Shown here: positions 53,321 through 64,000 of the stretch, in pieces
Position numbering within the stretch: the stretch's first letter is position 1
Layout of the letters: each line of letters starts with the position of its first letter
From: Lama guanicoe
Taxonomy: Eukaryota
Direction: 5' to 3'
NCBI GenBank assembly: GCA_013239625.1
Contig: MU056050.1
Coordinates: 242,504-306,503, forward strand
Length of the DNA stretch: 64,000 nt
Notes under the pieces: generated by a model
Database searches by the model: none
The model's input: the letters and a program-made list of their open reading frames with translations, nothing else
What the model was told of the DNA's origin: nothing
Made by a program: the position numbers and the translations under genes

Positions 53321-53399
53321 CCACAGCTTTCAGAAATCCCTTGTGCCTCAGTAGTGATTAGAGGAGGGAATTTGCAGTGAAAGAAAATACGAAGGACAG

Positions 53400-53628
53400 T
53401 GACATTATCAAAGGAAAGGAACCACGCAATAAGGGATGTAGGCAGCTTATATAAATTAGGAAAGGCAAGGAAACTAATCTCCCCTAGAGCCTCTGGAAGG
53501 AACACAGCCCTGCTGACACTTTGATTTTCAGACTTCTGACTTTCAGAACTCTAAGATAATAAATTTGTGTTGTTTTAAGCCACCAAGTTTGTAGTGATCT
53601 GTTAAAGCAGCAACAGAAAACTAATACA
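53400..53628 (+). mobile_element. MLT1 (MaLR) LTR 3' part
   Basis: ctcccctagagcctctggaagga...aataaatttgtgttgttttaagccaccaagtttg...aactaataca end. Confidence 0.75.
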
Positions 53629-54099
53629 ATACCCCCTGTATGAAAGACTGGCCAGTTTCAGGGAAAAAGAGCCCCTAAAGTTGGCATTTATAAGATTCTG
53701 ATGGAAAAATGTTGTTTTTGTTTTTTGGTTGGTTTGTTTGCTTCCTTTCCCAGTTAAAAGTCCCAGAATACGACTACATGCCAGTTTCTTGTCCAGCTCT
53801 CTAGAAAGCTGCAAGTCTGGACAACGGTTTGTGGCGCAGTTGGAGGCTTCCCCATTCTATTTTACACGCCCTCTCCACCACCCCTCCCTTCCACCAGTCA
53901 AGTTCCAGGAAATTTACCTAGAACCATCTTTATCTGATAACTTCTTTCCAGCTCAGCATCTGCTCAGGCATTCATACCTTCAATTTGCCATATGGGTAGG
54001 GATCTTTGCAAACTTGCTAACTTCTTGCTTTGCAATGGAGTGTCTGGCTGTTTATGAAATATCATTCCAGCAATATTCAAATTCTCCGCTCCACCGTGT

Positions 54100-54562
54100 T
54101 AGCTGCTTTGCTGTTTTTCAGGTCCAGTCCCACCCCAGGGCCTTAACACGGGCTGTTTCGTCTGCCTGGAACATTCTTCCCTCAGCTGTCCTTTTGGCCA
54201 ACTCTGTCACTTCTTTCAGGTTTTTGCTTACATGTCACTTTCTTAACGAAGCCTAACCAGACTACTCTATTTAATACTGAAACACCCCCTACACACACAC
54301 ACACACACACGCACACGCACACGCACTTTCAAGCTCCCTTTTCCTGTCCACTTTTTCACAGCACTTATCTCCTCCTAACATAAAATATAATTTATTATTA
54401 TGTTTATTATTGAGGGTCTGTCTTCCGCCTTCAAAATACTAATGACACGAAGTGCAGGATTTGTGTCTTTCCTGCTCACTGATATGTCCTAAGCACCAAG
54501 AATAGTGCTTGGTACGTAGCTGATATTCAGAGATCCTCAGTAACTATTGTTGAAGGAATGAT
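54100..54562 (+). mobile_element. L2 LINE 3' end
   Basis: gctgtttcgtctgcctggaacattcttcc...aatagtgcttggtacgtag...tattgttgaaggaatga terminal repeat. Confidence 0.65.
54291..54326 (+). repeat. (CA)n/(CACG) microsatellite
   Basis: Directly visible. Confidence 0.85.
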
Positions 54563-55066
54563 TTATACTCTTCCCTGTGCTAATCGCTAGGCCAGATGCT
54601 GGGGTAGGGCTGTGAAAGAACAAGACACCATGTGACTTAGAATCAGCCTGCCCGATATCGCACACAGGTTTGATTTTGTTTTGACCAGGCAGCCTATAAA
54701 CACTTGGGGGCAAGTACACTCTTTTCCTTCCCTCTAGTGCCCTCTGCTCAGCCCGGCGGCCCCTCCTCCCCAGCCCAGATCGCTGTGCTGGGGCTTGCCC
54801 ATTCTCTCCAAGCTTGTCTTCTCTACTCGGTGGAAAGGAATGAGTGAAAAGGGAGTTAAATCACTCTTCTCCCATCAGGTACTTATGGATATATGGTGTC
54901 GAAAAGCACTTTGGAAAAAACACCAAAGATGCTTAGAAAATAGTTTTGGGGGTTTTTCAAAAATACATTTGTAGACAAACCTCAAACAACTCCCAAACTA
55001 AAAAAAAAAAAAGTGCCGGTGTGCTTTCCCTTAAGCAAACCCAAAGAATGAGAGTTCAAAAACTTC

Positions 55067-55557
55067 TGAGAGGAAGCAGAACACATCACCCCAAAATGTG
55101 CCACTTTGGCTTGTGGATTGTTTGGAGCTGAAGGCAATTAAAACCCAGCAGTCTCAGGAAGAGCTTTTTTTCCTCCCCCTTAACTCTCTAGAAGAATTGA
55201 GACAGGCGGCCTGTACCAGGAAGAGAGCTATTACCAGAGAGAATGTTTTCTATCAGAAAGACTTCTGTGCATGGCATGGCAGACATTTGTTTACTAAACA
55301 TCTGCTCTTCTCATCTTCCTGTGAATTGTCTTCCTCCCTTTTGAAGCCCAAGACCCCTGCCATCTTCTCCTGAGCTCAGGAAGGTACACAAGCCTCAAGG
55401 ACCTGACTGTGGGGGACTCTTCATGTCTTTGTGGGGCTTCTATACATAGGTAATTAAATGTAATTAAATTTGTTTTTCTCCTGTTAATCTGCCTTATGTC
55501 AATTTAATTATTAGATCAGCCAAAGAATCTAGAAGGGGAAAGTTTTCCACCCGTACA
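55067..55557 (+). mobile_element. Solo LTR, MER34-like (ERV1)
   Basis: TG...CA ends, caccccaaaatgtgccactttggc head and ttctcctgttaatctg tail recalled from MER34-type LTRs; flanks cttc/ctta. Confidence 0.7.
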
Positions 55558-56429
55558 CTTATAAAAGTAGATTTGATCTGGGAGTGGCTATTTGCATTTC
55601 AAAGGATGCCTCACTTCACAGAAAGAATTTACCAGAGGGCTATTTCAAATAGTTTGCTCAATAGAAAATGTTGAACCTGGATGTCTCAAAATGGAGGATT
55701 AAGTGAAGCAGGTTACATTCATACAATGGACTATCAAACGGTCATTAAAAGTTATGTTCTTAATACAAATGGGAAAGTGCTAACACTGAAACGGGAAAAG
55801 AAGTTGAAAACAAAATTGTATAATGACAATGGTTTTTTAAAATACATAATAAAAAGACTGGATGGTAAGACACCAAATTATTAACAGGAATTGTTTCTGA
55901 GTGTTGAGATTGTAAATAGTTTCCTTTTTGTCTTTTGAATTGTCTGACTGTCCACATTTTCTCTAATAAAGGTGTATTATTTTATCATAAATATTAAACT
56001 TTTAAAAACAAAAGTCAAGTTTTGAGTTCTAAAAATTCAATTCGCACAAAACGTTTCAGAATTGTCACTACTGGGGTGTGCCTGTGGGGGGGACCTCTGT
56101 TTATCAACTCTTTATCTAATTCTTCCATTTGCTTAATAATATGTCTTTAATAATCCAGAACTAAGGTAGAAGAGTGGGGTGGGAGGATCCTTTTAAGATC
56201 CTTTTGAGAAAATGTGTGGCAGTTGCTTCCGCGGGGAATGAGGGAGGAAACTGTGTCAAGTGATTATTTAAAACCCCGATCTTATCATTTTGCAAGCTTG
56301 AAATGAATTGGTTAAATGAATTTGACAAGCGATTCATTTGTTCTTTTTATCGAATGCGGAGAACGTATTAAAGTTCAAAACTGGTAGGGAGGACTATACA
56401 AAAAAAGGTGAAGGCGGTGATGACAAACC

Positions 56430-56960
56430 AACAAATTAAAGGAGGCTGTTTAGAGAAATCGCTGAGTCAAGAGTCGGGCAGTCACGTGAAGTTTTTAATA
56501 AAAACGAAACTTAACCAGACATGGTTAGCTCTCCCTCCCCTCTCCACCCGCCCTGGGTATTGTTCCAGGCTCGGGGACTGGCGGTTTTTATCCTTAGGAT
56601 CCTCGGCCAGGAGGACCGGGCGGGCCAGAGCCAAAGCGGGGCGGAGGGAGGAGGATCCGGGCCCGGCCGGCGCGCCTTTGGACTTTGTGGGTCAGCGTTT
56701 TGGGAACAGGAACACATCGATCGGGTGGAAACATTGGCTTTTTGTGTCTCCTGCGTTTGGTACCTTTGGAGGGCCGGCTGCAGCTGTGGGCGACTGTGCT
56801 AGCTGCCAGCGGTCAAGGCGACCTTGCTCAGCAAAGCCACTATTGTACTTTGAGCTAGTGACTCCGGAGGCTTTGCCGCTTTCCAGGCATTCCTCCAGGA
56901 GCTTTCTCCCCCTGGAGGCTTAGCCTTTAAACGCAGTTTGTTTTTTGCGGTGTGATGTTG
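56430..56960. promoter_or_regulatory. Orphan CpG-rich element ~14 kb upstream of LAMP2 (candidate enhancer or promoter)
   Basis: Local CpG cluster (e.g. ccgggcccggccggcgcgcc), several GC boxes, GCTGAGTCA at 56461-56469 and GTCACGTGA at 56481-56489; not recognisably repeat-derived. Confidence 0.6.
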
Positions 56961-57488
56961 CTTTATTCTTGGCTTTGGCGCCAAGAGTAGCCTGCAATTC
57001 TTACCAGTTAATTATGGCCTCTCGGAGAAAAGAACAAATAAAGTATGGTCCTTTATGTTTAAAGTTGGTGCTTCTGAGTTCACTGACCGTAGTTGCTTTA
57101 AAGTCTTTCGCCAGGTTCTTAGTCACATGGTATCCTTTACAGCCGCAAGAACCCTGCACCAAAGCCTGGTGCCTCTGCTGGGTTGGCTATAGATGACTTG
57201 GACACAGAGACACCACAGCTTTTTTGCGCATGTGTCAAAGTCCATCAAACTGTACAGTATAAATATATGTAGTTTATTGAATGTTAATTATGCCTCAGTA
57301 AAGCTGTTTCAAAGGAACACACTCAGAGGATTAACAGAAATAGTAATCAAGATTAAGTATGGGCATACCTCAGCGATATTGTGGGTTTGGTTCTAGAACA
57401 CCATAATAAAGCAAGTCACGTGAACTTTTTGGTTTCCTAGTGCATATGAAAGTTATGTTTACACTATATTGTAGTCTATCAATTGTAC

Positions 57489-57953
57489 TGTGAAGGAAAA
57501 GTAGGGCTGGTCTAACAAGATAACTCACAAGTCTAGGAATGTAAAGGAGAGGCTGGGCTGGTCTAACAAGATAACTCACAAATCTAAGTGTCGGAATACT
57601 GATCTGAGTTCTGCTGAACTAACTTGTAAATCTAAGTTAATTAGTGTTGGTTTGCTGTTCATGTTTTTTTGTTAGCCAGCTGGATTTTCAAAGATATATA
57701 TCTGGCTTTGGAATGTTGGTTTGCTGCCTCCCCGCCTCCACTTTTGTGATAATGATGCTGCTAAAGCTGCTTCATGCCTATTGGCCAAATACCCAAAGCT
57801 CGTACTTTACCCTATAAAACCTCATGCGCACGTCTTGGAGGTGCTCAGAGCTTTGGAGCAGAAGCCTCTCTGAGCCCGCCGGCGTAATACATCTGAGTAC
57901 TCCAACCCTCCAAGTGGTGCTTATTTCTTGGCTGGCCTGTCGTTTCCGTAACA
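57489..57953 (+). mobile_element. Solo ERV1-type LTR inserted in Tigger1
   Basis: TG...CA ends, perfect 4-bp TSD GTAC, TATA box (ctataaaa ~57813), internal direct repeat gggctggtctaacaagataactcacaa present twice. Confidence 0.85.
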
Positions 57954-58265
57954 GTACAACAGCATTACATCTGAAAAATAATGTACATATCTTAATTTAA
58001 AATATTGCTGAAAAATGCTGACCATCATCTGAGCCTTCAGTGAATGGTGATCTTTTTGCTGCTGGAGGATCTTGCCTTGATGTTGATGGCTGCTGACTGA
58101 TCAGGGTTGCTGAAGGTTGGAGCGGCTGAGGCAATTTCTTAAAATAAGACAGAAATGAAGTTTGCTAAATTGACTGACTCTTCCTTTCATGAACGATTTC
58201 TCTGTAGCATGCAATGCTGTTTGATAGCATTTTACCCACAGTAGAACTGCTTTCAAAATTGGAGT

Positions 58266-59292
58266 TGTTGACTGAAGAAAATGCACAACCTCAAAGTTGA
58301 GGATTATGTTTTATTTGGCAGGCTTACTGAGAACTATAGCCCAGGACACAGCCTTTCAGATAGCTCTGAGGAACTGTTCCAAAGAGGTAATGGAGGATAT
58401 GGAGGAGATAGAGAGAGATAGATATGGACATATATGAGTTTTTGCTGGGAAAAAAAACAAACCCATGTAGTCAAACAGTAAAAGATCACAAAAAACAGGC
58501 ATCTCAAGTTAATGATTTTAGTGCTTTTCTATGTATGGGAGGATGCAAGAGTCCTTGGGACATGTCCCATCAAGTGAGGGTCCTGGCTTCACACAGGAAA
58601 GAATTCAAGAGTGAGCCATATTTAAGCAAAGGTAGATTTATTCAGAGGGATGCACACTCCATATACAGAGTGTGGGCTGTCTCAAAAGGTCAGAGAGGCC
58701 ACAAGGCCAAGGAGATACACGTTCCATAGGCAGAATGCAGACCATCTTATTCAGAAGGGAGAGTGGTGGCCTCAGAGCATGGAGTCGCCTAGGAAAAATG
58801 AGATTGGCCGTGAGGTGCGGGGCTGTTAGTTTTTATGGGCTCAGTAACCTCATATGCTAACAAGTGGGAGGATTATTCCAACTACTTTGGGGAAGGGGCT
58901 GGGATCCCAGGAACTGGACCATCACCCACTTTTTGACCTTTTATGGTCAGCCTTGAAACTGTGCTGGCACCTGTGGGAGTACCATTTAGCATGCTACTGT
59001 ATTTCAATTAGTGTATATTGAAGTTCAAGGTCTACTGGGAGTTGAATCTTCCACCATCTTGGTGCTAATTGCTGTGTCATTCTTTCAGTGGTTGTGCCCT
59101 GCCCCCTTCCCTCCTGTCTCAATTGAAATTATTCCTTTCATATGCATCTTAACTCTCTAGGGCCAGTGTCCTGTTTTTCTCCATCATGAATCTCCTCATG
59201 GTGCACTGTTGGGGGTGGCTGCAGTGGCTGATGGCTTTATGACCTCAACATCTTTTGTTTACTGATATGGCAGGGGACATTCTTTGTCCACA
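58266..59292 (-). mobile_element. Solo ERV1-type LTR inserted in Tigger1, itself interrupted by a second LTR (~58553-59121)
   Basis: TG...CA ends with perfect 4-bp TSD GAGT; the two outer parts rejoin to match 45474-45885; the inner element ends ...ccctcctgtctca. Confidence 0.8.
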
Positions 59293-59453
59293 GAGTCAAT
59301 CCTCTTAAAACTCTGCTGCTTTATCAAATAAGTTTATGTAATATTTTAATCCTTTGTTTTCGTTTCAACAATCCATTAAGTTATCTGACTTATATGAGTG
59401 CTGTTTGTGGAGCCTTAAAACAATTACAGTAGAAACATTAAAGATCACTGATC

Positions 59454-60194
59454 TCAATGAGCTATCACCTCACACCTGTCAGAATGGCTATTATCAAAAA
59501 GTCTACAAATAACAAATGTTGGTGAGGATGTGGAGAAAAGGGAACCCTCGTACACTGTTGGTGGGAATGTATATTGGTGTAGCCACTGTGGAAAACAGTA
59601 TGGAGGTTTCTCAAAAAACTAAAAACAGAACTACCATATGACCCAGCACTTCCACTCATGGGTATATATCTGAAAAAAAAACCACTAATTTGAAACGATA
59701 CATGCACCCCAATGTTCATAGTAGCATTATTTATAATTGCCAAGAAATGGAGACAATTTAAGTGTCCATCAACAGATGAAAGGATAAAGAAGATGTGGTG
59801 TATATACAATGGAATACTACTTATCCATAAAGAAGAATGAAATTTTGTCATTTGCATCAACATAGATGGATGTGGGGGGCATTATGCTAAGTGAAATAAG
59901 TCAGACAGAGAAAGACAAATACTGTATGATATCACTTATATGTGGAGTCTGAATAATACTACAAACTAGTGAATATAACAGAAAAGAAGACTCACAGATC
60001 TAGAGAACAAATCAGTGGTTACCAGTGGTAGGGGAGGGGCAAGATAGGGATTGGGGTGTGGGAGATACAAACTATTGCATGTAAGACAAGCTCAAAGGTG
60101 TATTGTACAAAATGGGGAATGGATCCAATATTTTATAATAACCATAAATGGAAAATAACATTTAAAAATTGTATAAAGAATAAAAAAAGTGTTC
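59454..60194 (+). mobile_element. L1 3' fragment (ORF2 C-terminal region and 3'UTR) inserted in Tigger1
   Basis: Typical L1 text cacctcacacctgtcagaatggctattatcaaaaag...ggtgaggatgtggagaaaagggaaccc; A-rich end. Confidence 0.9.
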
Positions 60195-62869
60195 AAAGAT
60201 CACAGGTCACTGTAATGAATATAATAACAATGAAAAAAATTAAAGTATTATGAGAATTACTAAAATGTGGCAACAACACGAAGTGAGCCTGACAGACTTC
60301 CTTGACCTAGGGTGGCCACAAATCTTCAATTTGTAAGAAATGCAGTATCTTCAAAGCACAGTAAAATGAGGTCTGCCTATAACTGATAAAAGGCAAAAAT
60401 TTATTTCTTTTATCTATGTCACTGAGTGGTGAAAAAGATTAATATGGATTTCCCCTTTTTGGTGAGTTAAGCCTTAGATTTGTATAAAGATAGACATGTG
60501 GTTTTATTTGTAAAGGTTTTCCTAGATGAGGGTATTTCATTAATGTTTTGCTTACAATGGCTGTGACACCTAAGAAAACACAAAGCCATCCTGCCTCAAA
60601 AACAAAGAAAAACAAAAAGAACAGAAAACATCCCAGACCAGTAGGAGGTAACAGTACCCGAGTCAAGAACAGGCTAGGGAGTCAGGCTGACTTGGGTTCG
60701 AACTCAAACTCTGCGACTCACCAGCTGTGGGAGCAGAAGTGGGTCCCTTAGTTTCTCTGAGCCTCAGGTTCCTCGCAGAGTCCTGAGGGACTCAGGGTCA
60801 GCAGGGGAGGAACAGAAAGAGGGATCGTTCGGCTGGAGCCCTGACTCTAGGGGGCCTCGAATCTGGACTGCTGGCTCAGAGTAAATTCAGGCCAAATTGC
60901 TGGGAGAATGACTATCACAAAAGTTGATCCTAAGTGAAATCCGTGGAACCCTGGCACCAGAGGGTGGGAGTCTGATCAATGTCTTCAAAATCTGAAAGCG
61001 TCCCAGGCCTTGAAGACCTTTCAGGAATAAATGAGTTAATCATGGATGTGAAGGCTCAGAACAGTCCCTGATACATCGTGAGGACTGCACTCAGTCCATG
61101 GTATCTTGATTTTTATTTTGTAATTATTGCTGGTGGAACCACCTACCCCGTAGTATCGTGAGCAGAGCGTTAATGAAATAAAGCAAGGAAAGTTCCTAGC
61201 AGAGAGCCAGAGCTGTCAGAGGCACTCAGTGGGTATTGGTTTTCTTCCCCTTTCTCTCTCCTCACTTTGACATGTTCAGCCTCAACTTCAGCCCACTCCG
61301 TGAAGCTTTCCCTGCTTCCTGTCGCCAGACTCAACACCTGTGGCCCTTCCTGTGGCTCTGGGCCAGGATACAAGGAAGAGTCTCGTGGGAGACCTGGACC
61401 ATGTCACCTGGCACTGAAGTGCTGCCCTGGGCTTTGTGTACTTCGGTGTAGTCACGGTGAGGGCACAAACTGGGCTGTCACGACCTGGGTTTACCTGAAG
61501 CAGGTGGTGAGGTGGAATTGGGGATGCAAGCTGTTTTGAGATCGATACCTGTGAAAGGCAGCAGTGGGAGGCAGGATTGGGCACAGGGACAATTGGACGG
61601 TGATGCCAGCCTAACAAAGCCTTGGCCAACCCCACAGGGAGGGCTGGAGCCAGTGTTGTCCATCAGAGTCCCACAAGGGACTGACGAGGCCCAGGTACCC
61701 CTCTCTCTCAATCACTGGACGCAGGCTGCCCCAGCAGGAGCATGACCTGTGACCTGACGTGGAGGCGGACCCTGAAGTGGCTGACAGCTGGTGTCTGCAC
61801 ACCTCCCCAGCTGGGCGGCAGGCCCGTCCTTGAACGGGAGTGGGGCGGGTGTATTCTCCGTGTCCACCCTATTGCGGGTAAACCAACAACCTCGTATCAT
61901 GTACCAAAGTGCTGAGTGTTCGGAACAGTGAATTCCAATCATATCTCCACATGTTAAGGAAGAGGACGGGCCGCCATGTCTTGAGAGACGATAGTAGGGA
62001 AAGTGAGTTGAAATGTCTGTGCACCAGACAACTGTACACGGGCAGTAAGAGCAGCTGCCACTGAGAAAAGTTTGTTCTCCCCGAGAGGGAAGGAGATCAG
62101 GCTGTGGCCACATGGACCATGCAGGGTGAGTAGGGTTTTCTCTTGTGAGGGAGCAGCGAGAAGTTCAGATGAGGAGAGGCCAGGGCTAGAGGTAGTGGAA
62201 ATCTTAGCCCGAGGCTGTCCCAGAAAGCTGTGTGGCCTCACAACAGTGTTCCTCATCACTGAGGATGCTTGTTAAGTTCCCAGGCCCACATCCCCACATC
62301 ATTCTACTCAATCAGAATCTCTCGGGTTAGACCCAGGAATCAGCAAGTTTAAAAGGCATCCCGTTGCTTCTTCTGCAAGTGACAGTTTGAGAACCCTGCA
62401 CATCTGAAAGACAACCAGTGATAATCCATCTCTTTTTCTAACCCTTTCCAGGAAAGCATAATTCCCCTCCCCAAAAGGGAGAGCAGGCAGGGATAAACAG
62501 AAATGCACCTAGGTCAGCGCAGCCAGGGACGGCTAACCACCTCAGGTTCCTGGGAGTGGTGGAGGAAGTATTTGACGCTGTCCAGCTGCCTGCCCTCTTT
62601 CCACTGGCCGGGTGTTCCCTTGCCTGCTGGTTCCAGATAGGAGCTGCAGAAGCTGTCAGGTTGCTACTTAGTGGGGTCAATGGGACATGTGGGAAATAAG
62701 GGTTAGATGAACATGAAATACGTGTAGGAAACTAAGCAGTCCTGCTGGACGGTATATAGTGTCAAAACGTTCTTGCAACAGTGGGTGTGTAATTGATGCA
62801 TACTGTACATTTACAACTATATTTTATTGATTCATAGTGCTTTTCTATTGTGCAATAAATCCTCCTAGA

Positions 62870-64000
62870 AGTGATGAGCACAAGCAAATGAAAGTACCTC
62901 TTTATGAAAATCTAGGTACTGAATTTGATGACATACATGTAACCTCCCACTAAATGTCTATTGATGTTTACCATCCATGGGGGCCACAGACATATAACTG
63001 ACCACACAAAACCCAGAAGACATCCATCTGCTAAAGAAGCACCAGCATCTACTTCAGAAGTCGGTACATAGTTGTTTTAACAATGGACTCAAGGATCACA
63101 CATGCGGACACAGTTTACATATTACTCTCTGCAGCATGACTTTTCATGTATATCACATGGTTGTCCTAAAATCACCTTGCTCATTTTCACTCTGAATTTC
63201 CTTACACATGTATGAAAGGTGAAGCAGCAGCTGTTGGCTGAATTAGCCAAACAAATGTTTCCATGACACCAACTTGATAGCAGTGCCTTCAGAGCTTTGA
63301 ATAAAAGAGAAGCTAAATTAAAAATGGTTTGATTATTACATCCAGTGCATGGAATCAAATAACAATTTTGGAAGCTAATTCCGATGAATGTGAAACATTT
63401 GCCAGCATTGTAAAAGCTCTTGTAAGGTAATAAACTTTAACATTGAAGATAAAATCATATGGATTTTTTTTCAGTGATAAGATGAAGCCAAATTTTCGCA
63501 CAGGAAAATGTCGTGGTAAAACAGTGCTCCTACTTGATTAAGAGATGTATAGAGCAGGAACATCCTTGGGACTGGTTATGGGGCACATGTAATTGAGGAC
63601 TGTATCCAAGCAAGCTGTAATGCTATACCTATTGAAAAAGCTGTCGTGTCAAATTTACACATTTTTCCCTATAAACACAATTAGGGTCTGAACTATTGTT
63701 TTTGTATGTGACAAAGTTTATGTTGAATACCAAAAATAAGAAATAAAAACTCAGAACCATTTTGTTAGTCCTCCTAAGTGTCCTACAGTGGTATTGAGTT
63801 TTTTATAGAGTTATCTAAATTTAGGGGGTTTTTAATTCAAAATCAGTTGGAAATATTTAATGAAAATATTCAACAGATAGAGTCATAGAAAAACCCCTTT
63901 GGCTTCTGAAGCTTTTAGCAAATTGCAGTTAGCAGAAACTGGAAGGCATTCTAGTGTATTCCTAAAAAAGGACTGGAACAAATTATGGAAAACAATGAAT
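62870..64000 (+). mobile_element. Degenerate hAT (Blackjack-like) transposase remnant, running off the window
   Basis: Manual translation gives fragments FTIHGGHRHITDHTKPRRH (BED-finger-like), FTYYSLQHDFS and GYGAHVIEDCIQASCNAIPIEKAVV (CxxH region), broken by stops and frameshifts. Confidence 0.6.

Larger units (their letters stand above)
57360..60378. mobile_element. Internally deleted Tigger1 (TcMar) DNA transposon split by later insertions
   Basis: Terminal inverted repeats ggcatacctc...gaggtctgcc; Tigger1-like segments at 57360-57488, 57954-58265, 59293-59453 and 60195-60378. Confidence 0.8.

Noticed and set aside
53729..54256. 175-aa ORF
   Set aside because: Non-ATG start, and its 3' part runs through an L2 fragment.
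56408..56923. 171-aa ORF across the upstream CpG-rich element
   Set aside because: No recognisable protein features; explained by GC richness.
57503..57582. Direct repeats with a spacer, superficially CRISPR-like
   Set aside because: Only two copies, inside an LTR U3 region of a mammalian genome.
45474..59292. Two same-family, same-orientation LTRs 12 kb apart as the ends of one provirus
   Set aside because: Each has its own target-site duplication (CATC versus GAGT) and the interval has no gag/pol/env sequence, so they are independent solo LTRs.
59465..59863. 132-aa minus-strand ORF
   Set aside because: Typical spurious antisense reading of an L1 3' region.

Overview
Mammalian genomic DNA containing the complete LAMP2 gene (lysosome-associated membrane protein 2) on the minus strand. 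It has a CpG-island promoter at ~42.3-43.0 kb, eight shared coding exons, and three alternative terminal exons in transcription order 9B (18.6 kb), 9A (11.6 kb) and 9C (8.8 kb). All junctions are GT-AG and in frame, giving predicted proteins of 411 aa (2A), 411 aa (2B) and 412 aa (2C). Five copies of a tRNA-derived SINE resemble the camelid SINE family, so the source is probably a camel, alpaca or llama X chromosome (inference; LAMP2 is X-linked in eutherians). The rest of the window is intronic or intergenic and rich in interspersed repeats: L1, L2, MIR, CR1, MER5/MER20/MER58, solo LTRs, a Tigger1 derivative with nested insertions, and a decayed hAT transposase. I found no convincing new gene or new biological system. 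The most notable items are two target-site-duplicated L1 insertions abutting LAMP2 splice sites (one duplicates the likely exon 2 branch point, one is chimeric), an orphan CpG-rich element ~14 kb upstream with adjacent ARE/AP-1 and CLEAR motifs, an E-box cluster in the 9B 3'UTR, a twin-primed L1, and a nested transposon stack. Repeat family names and human comparisons come from recall, not from database searches.
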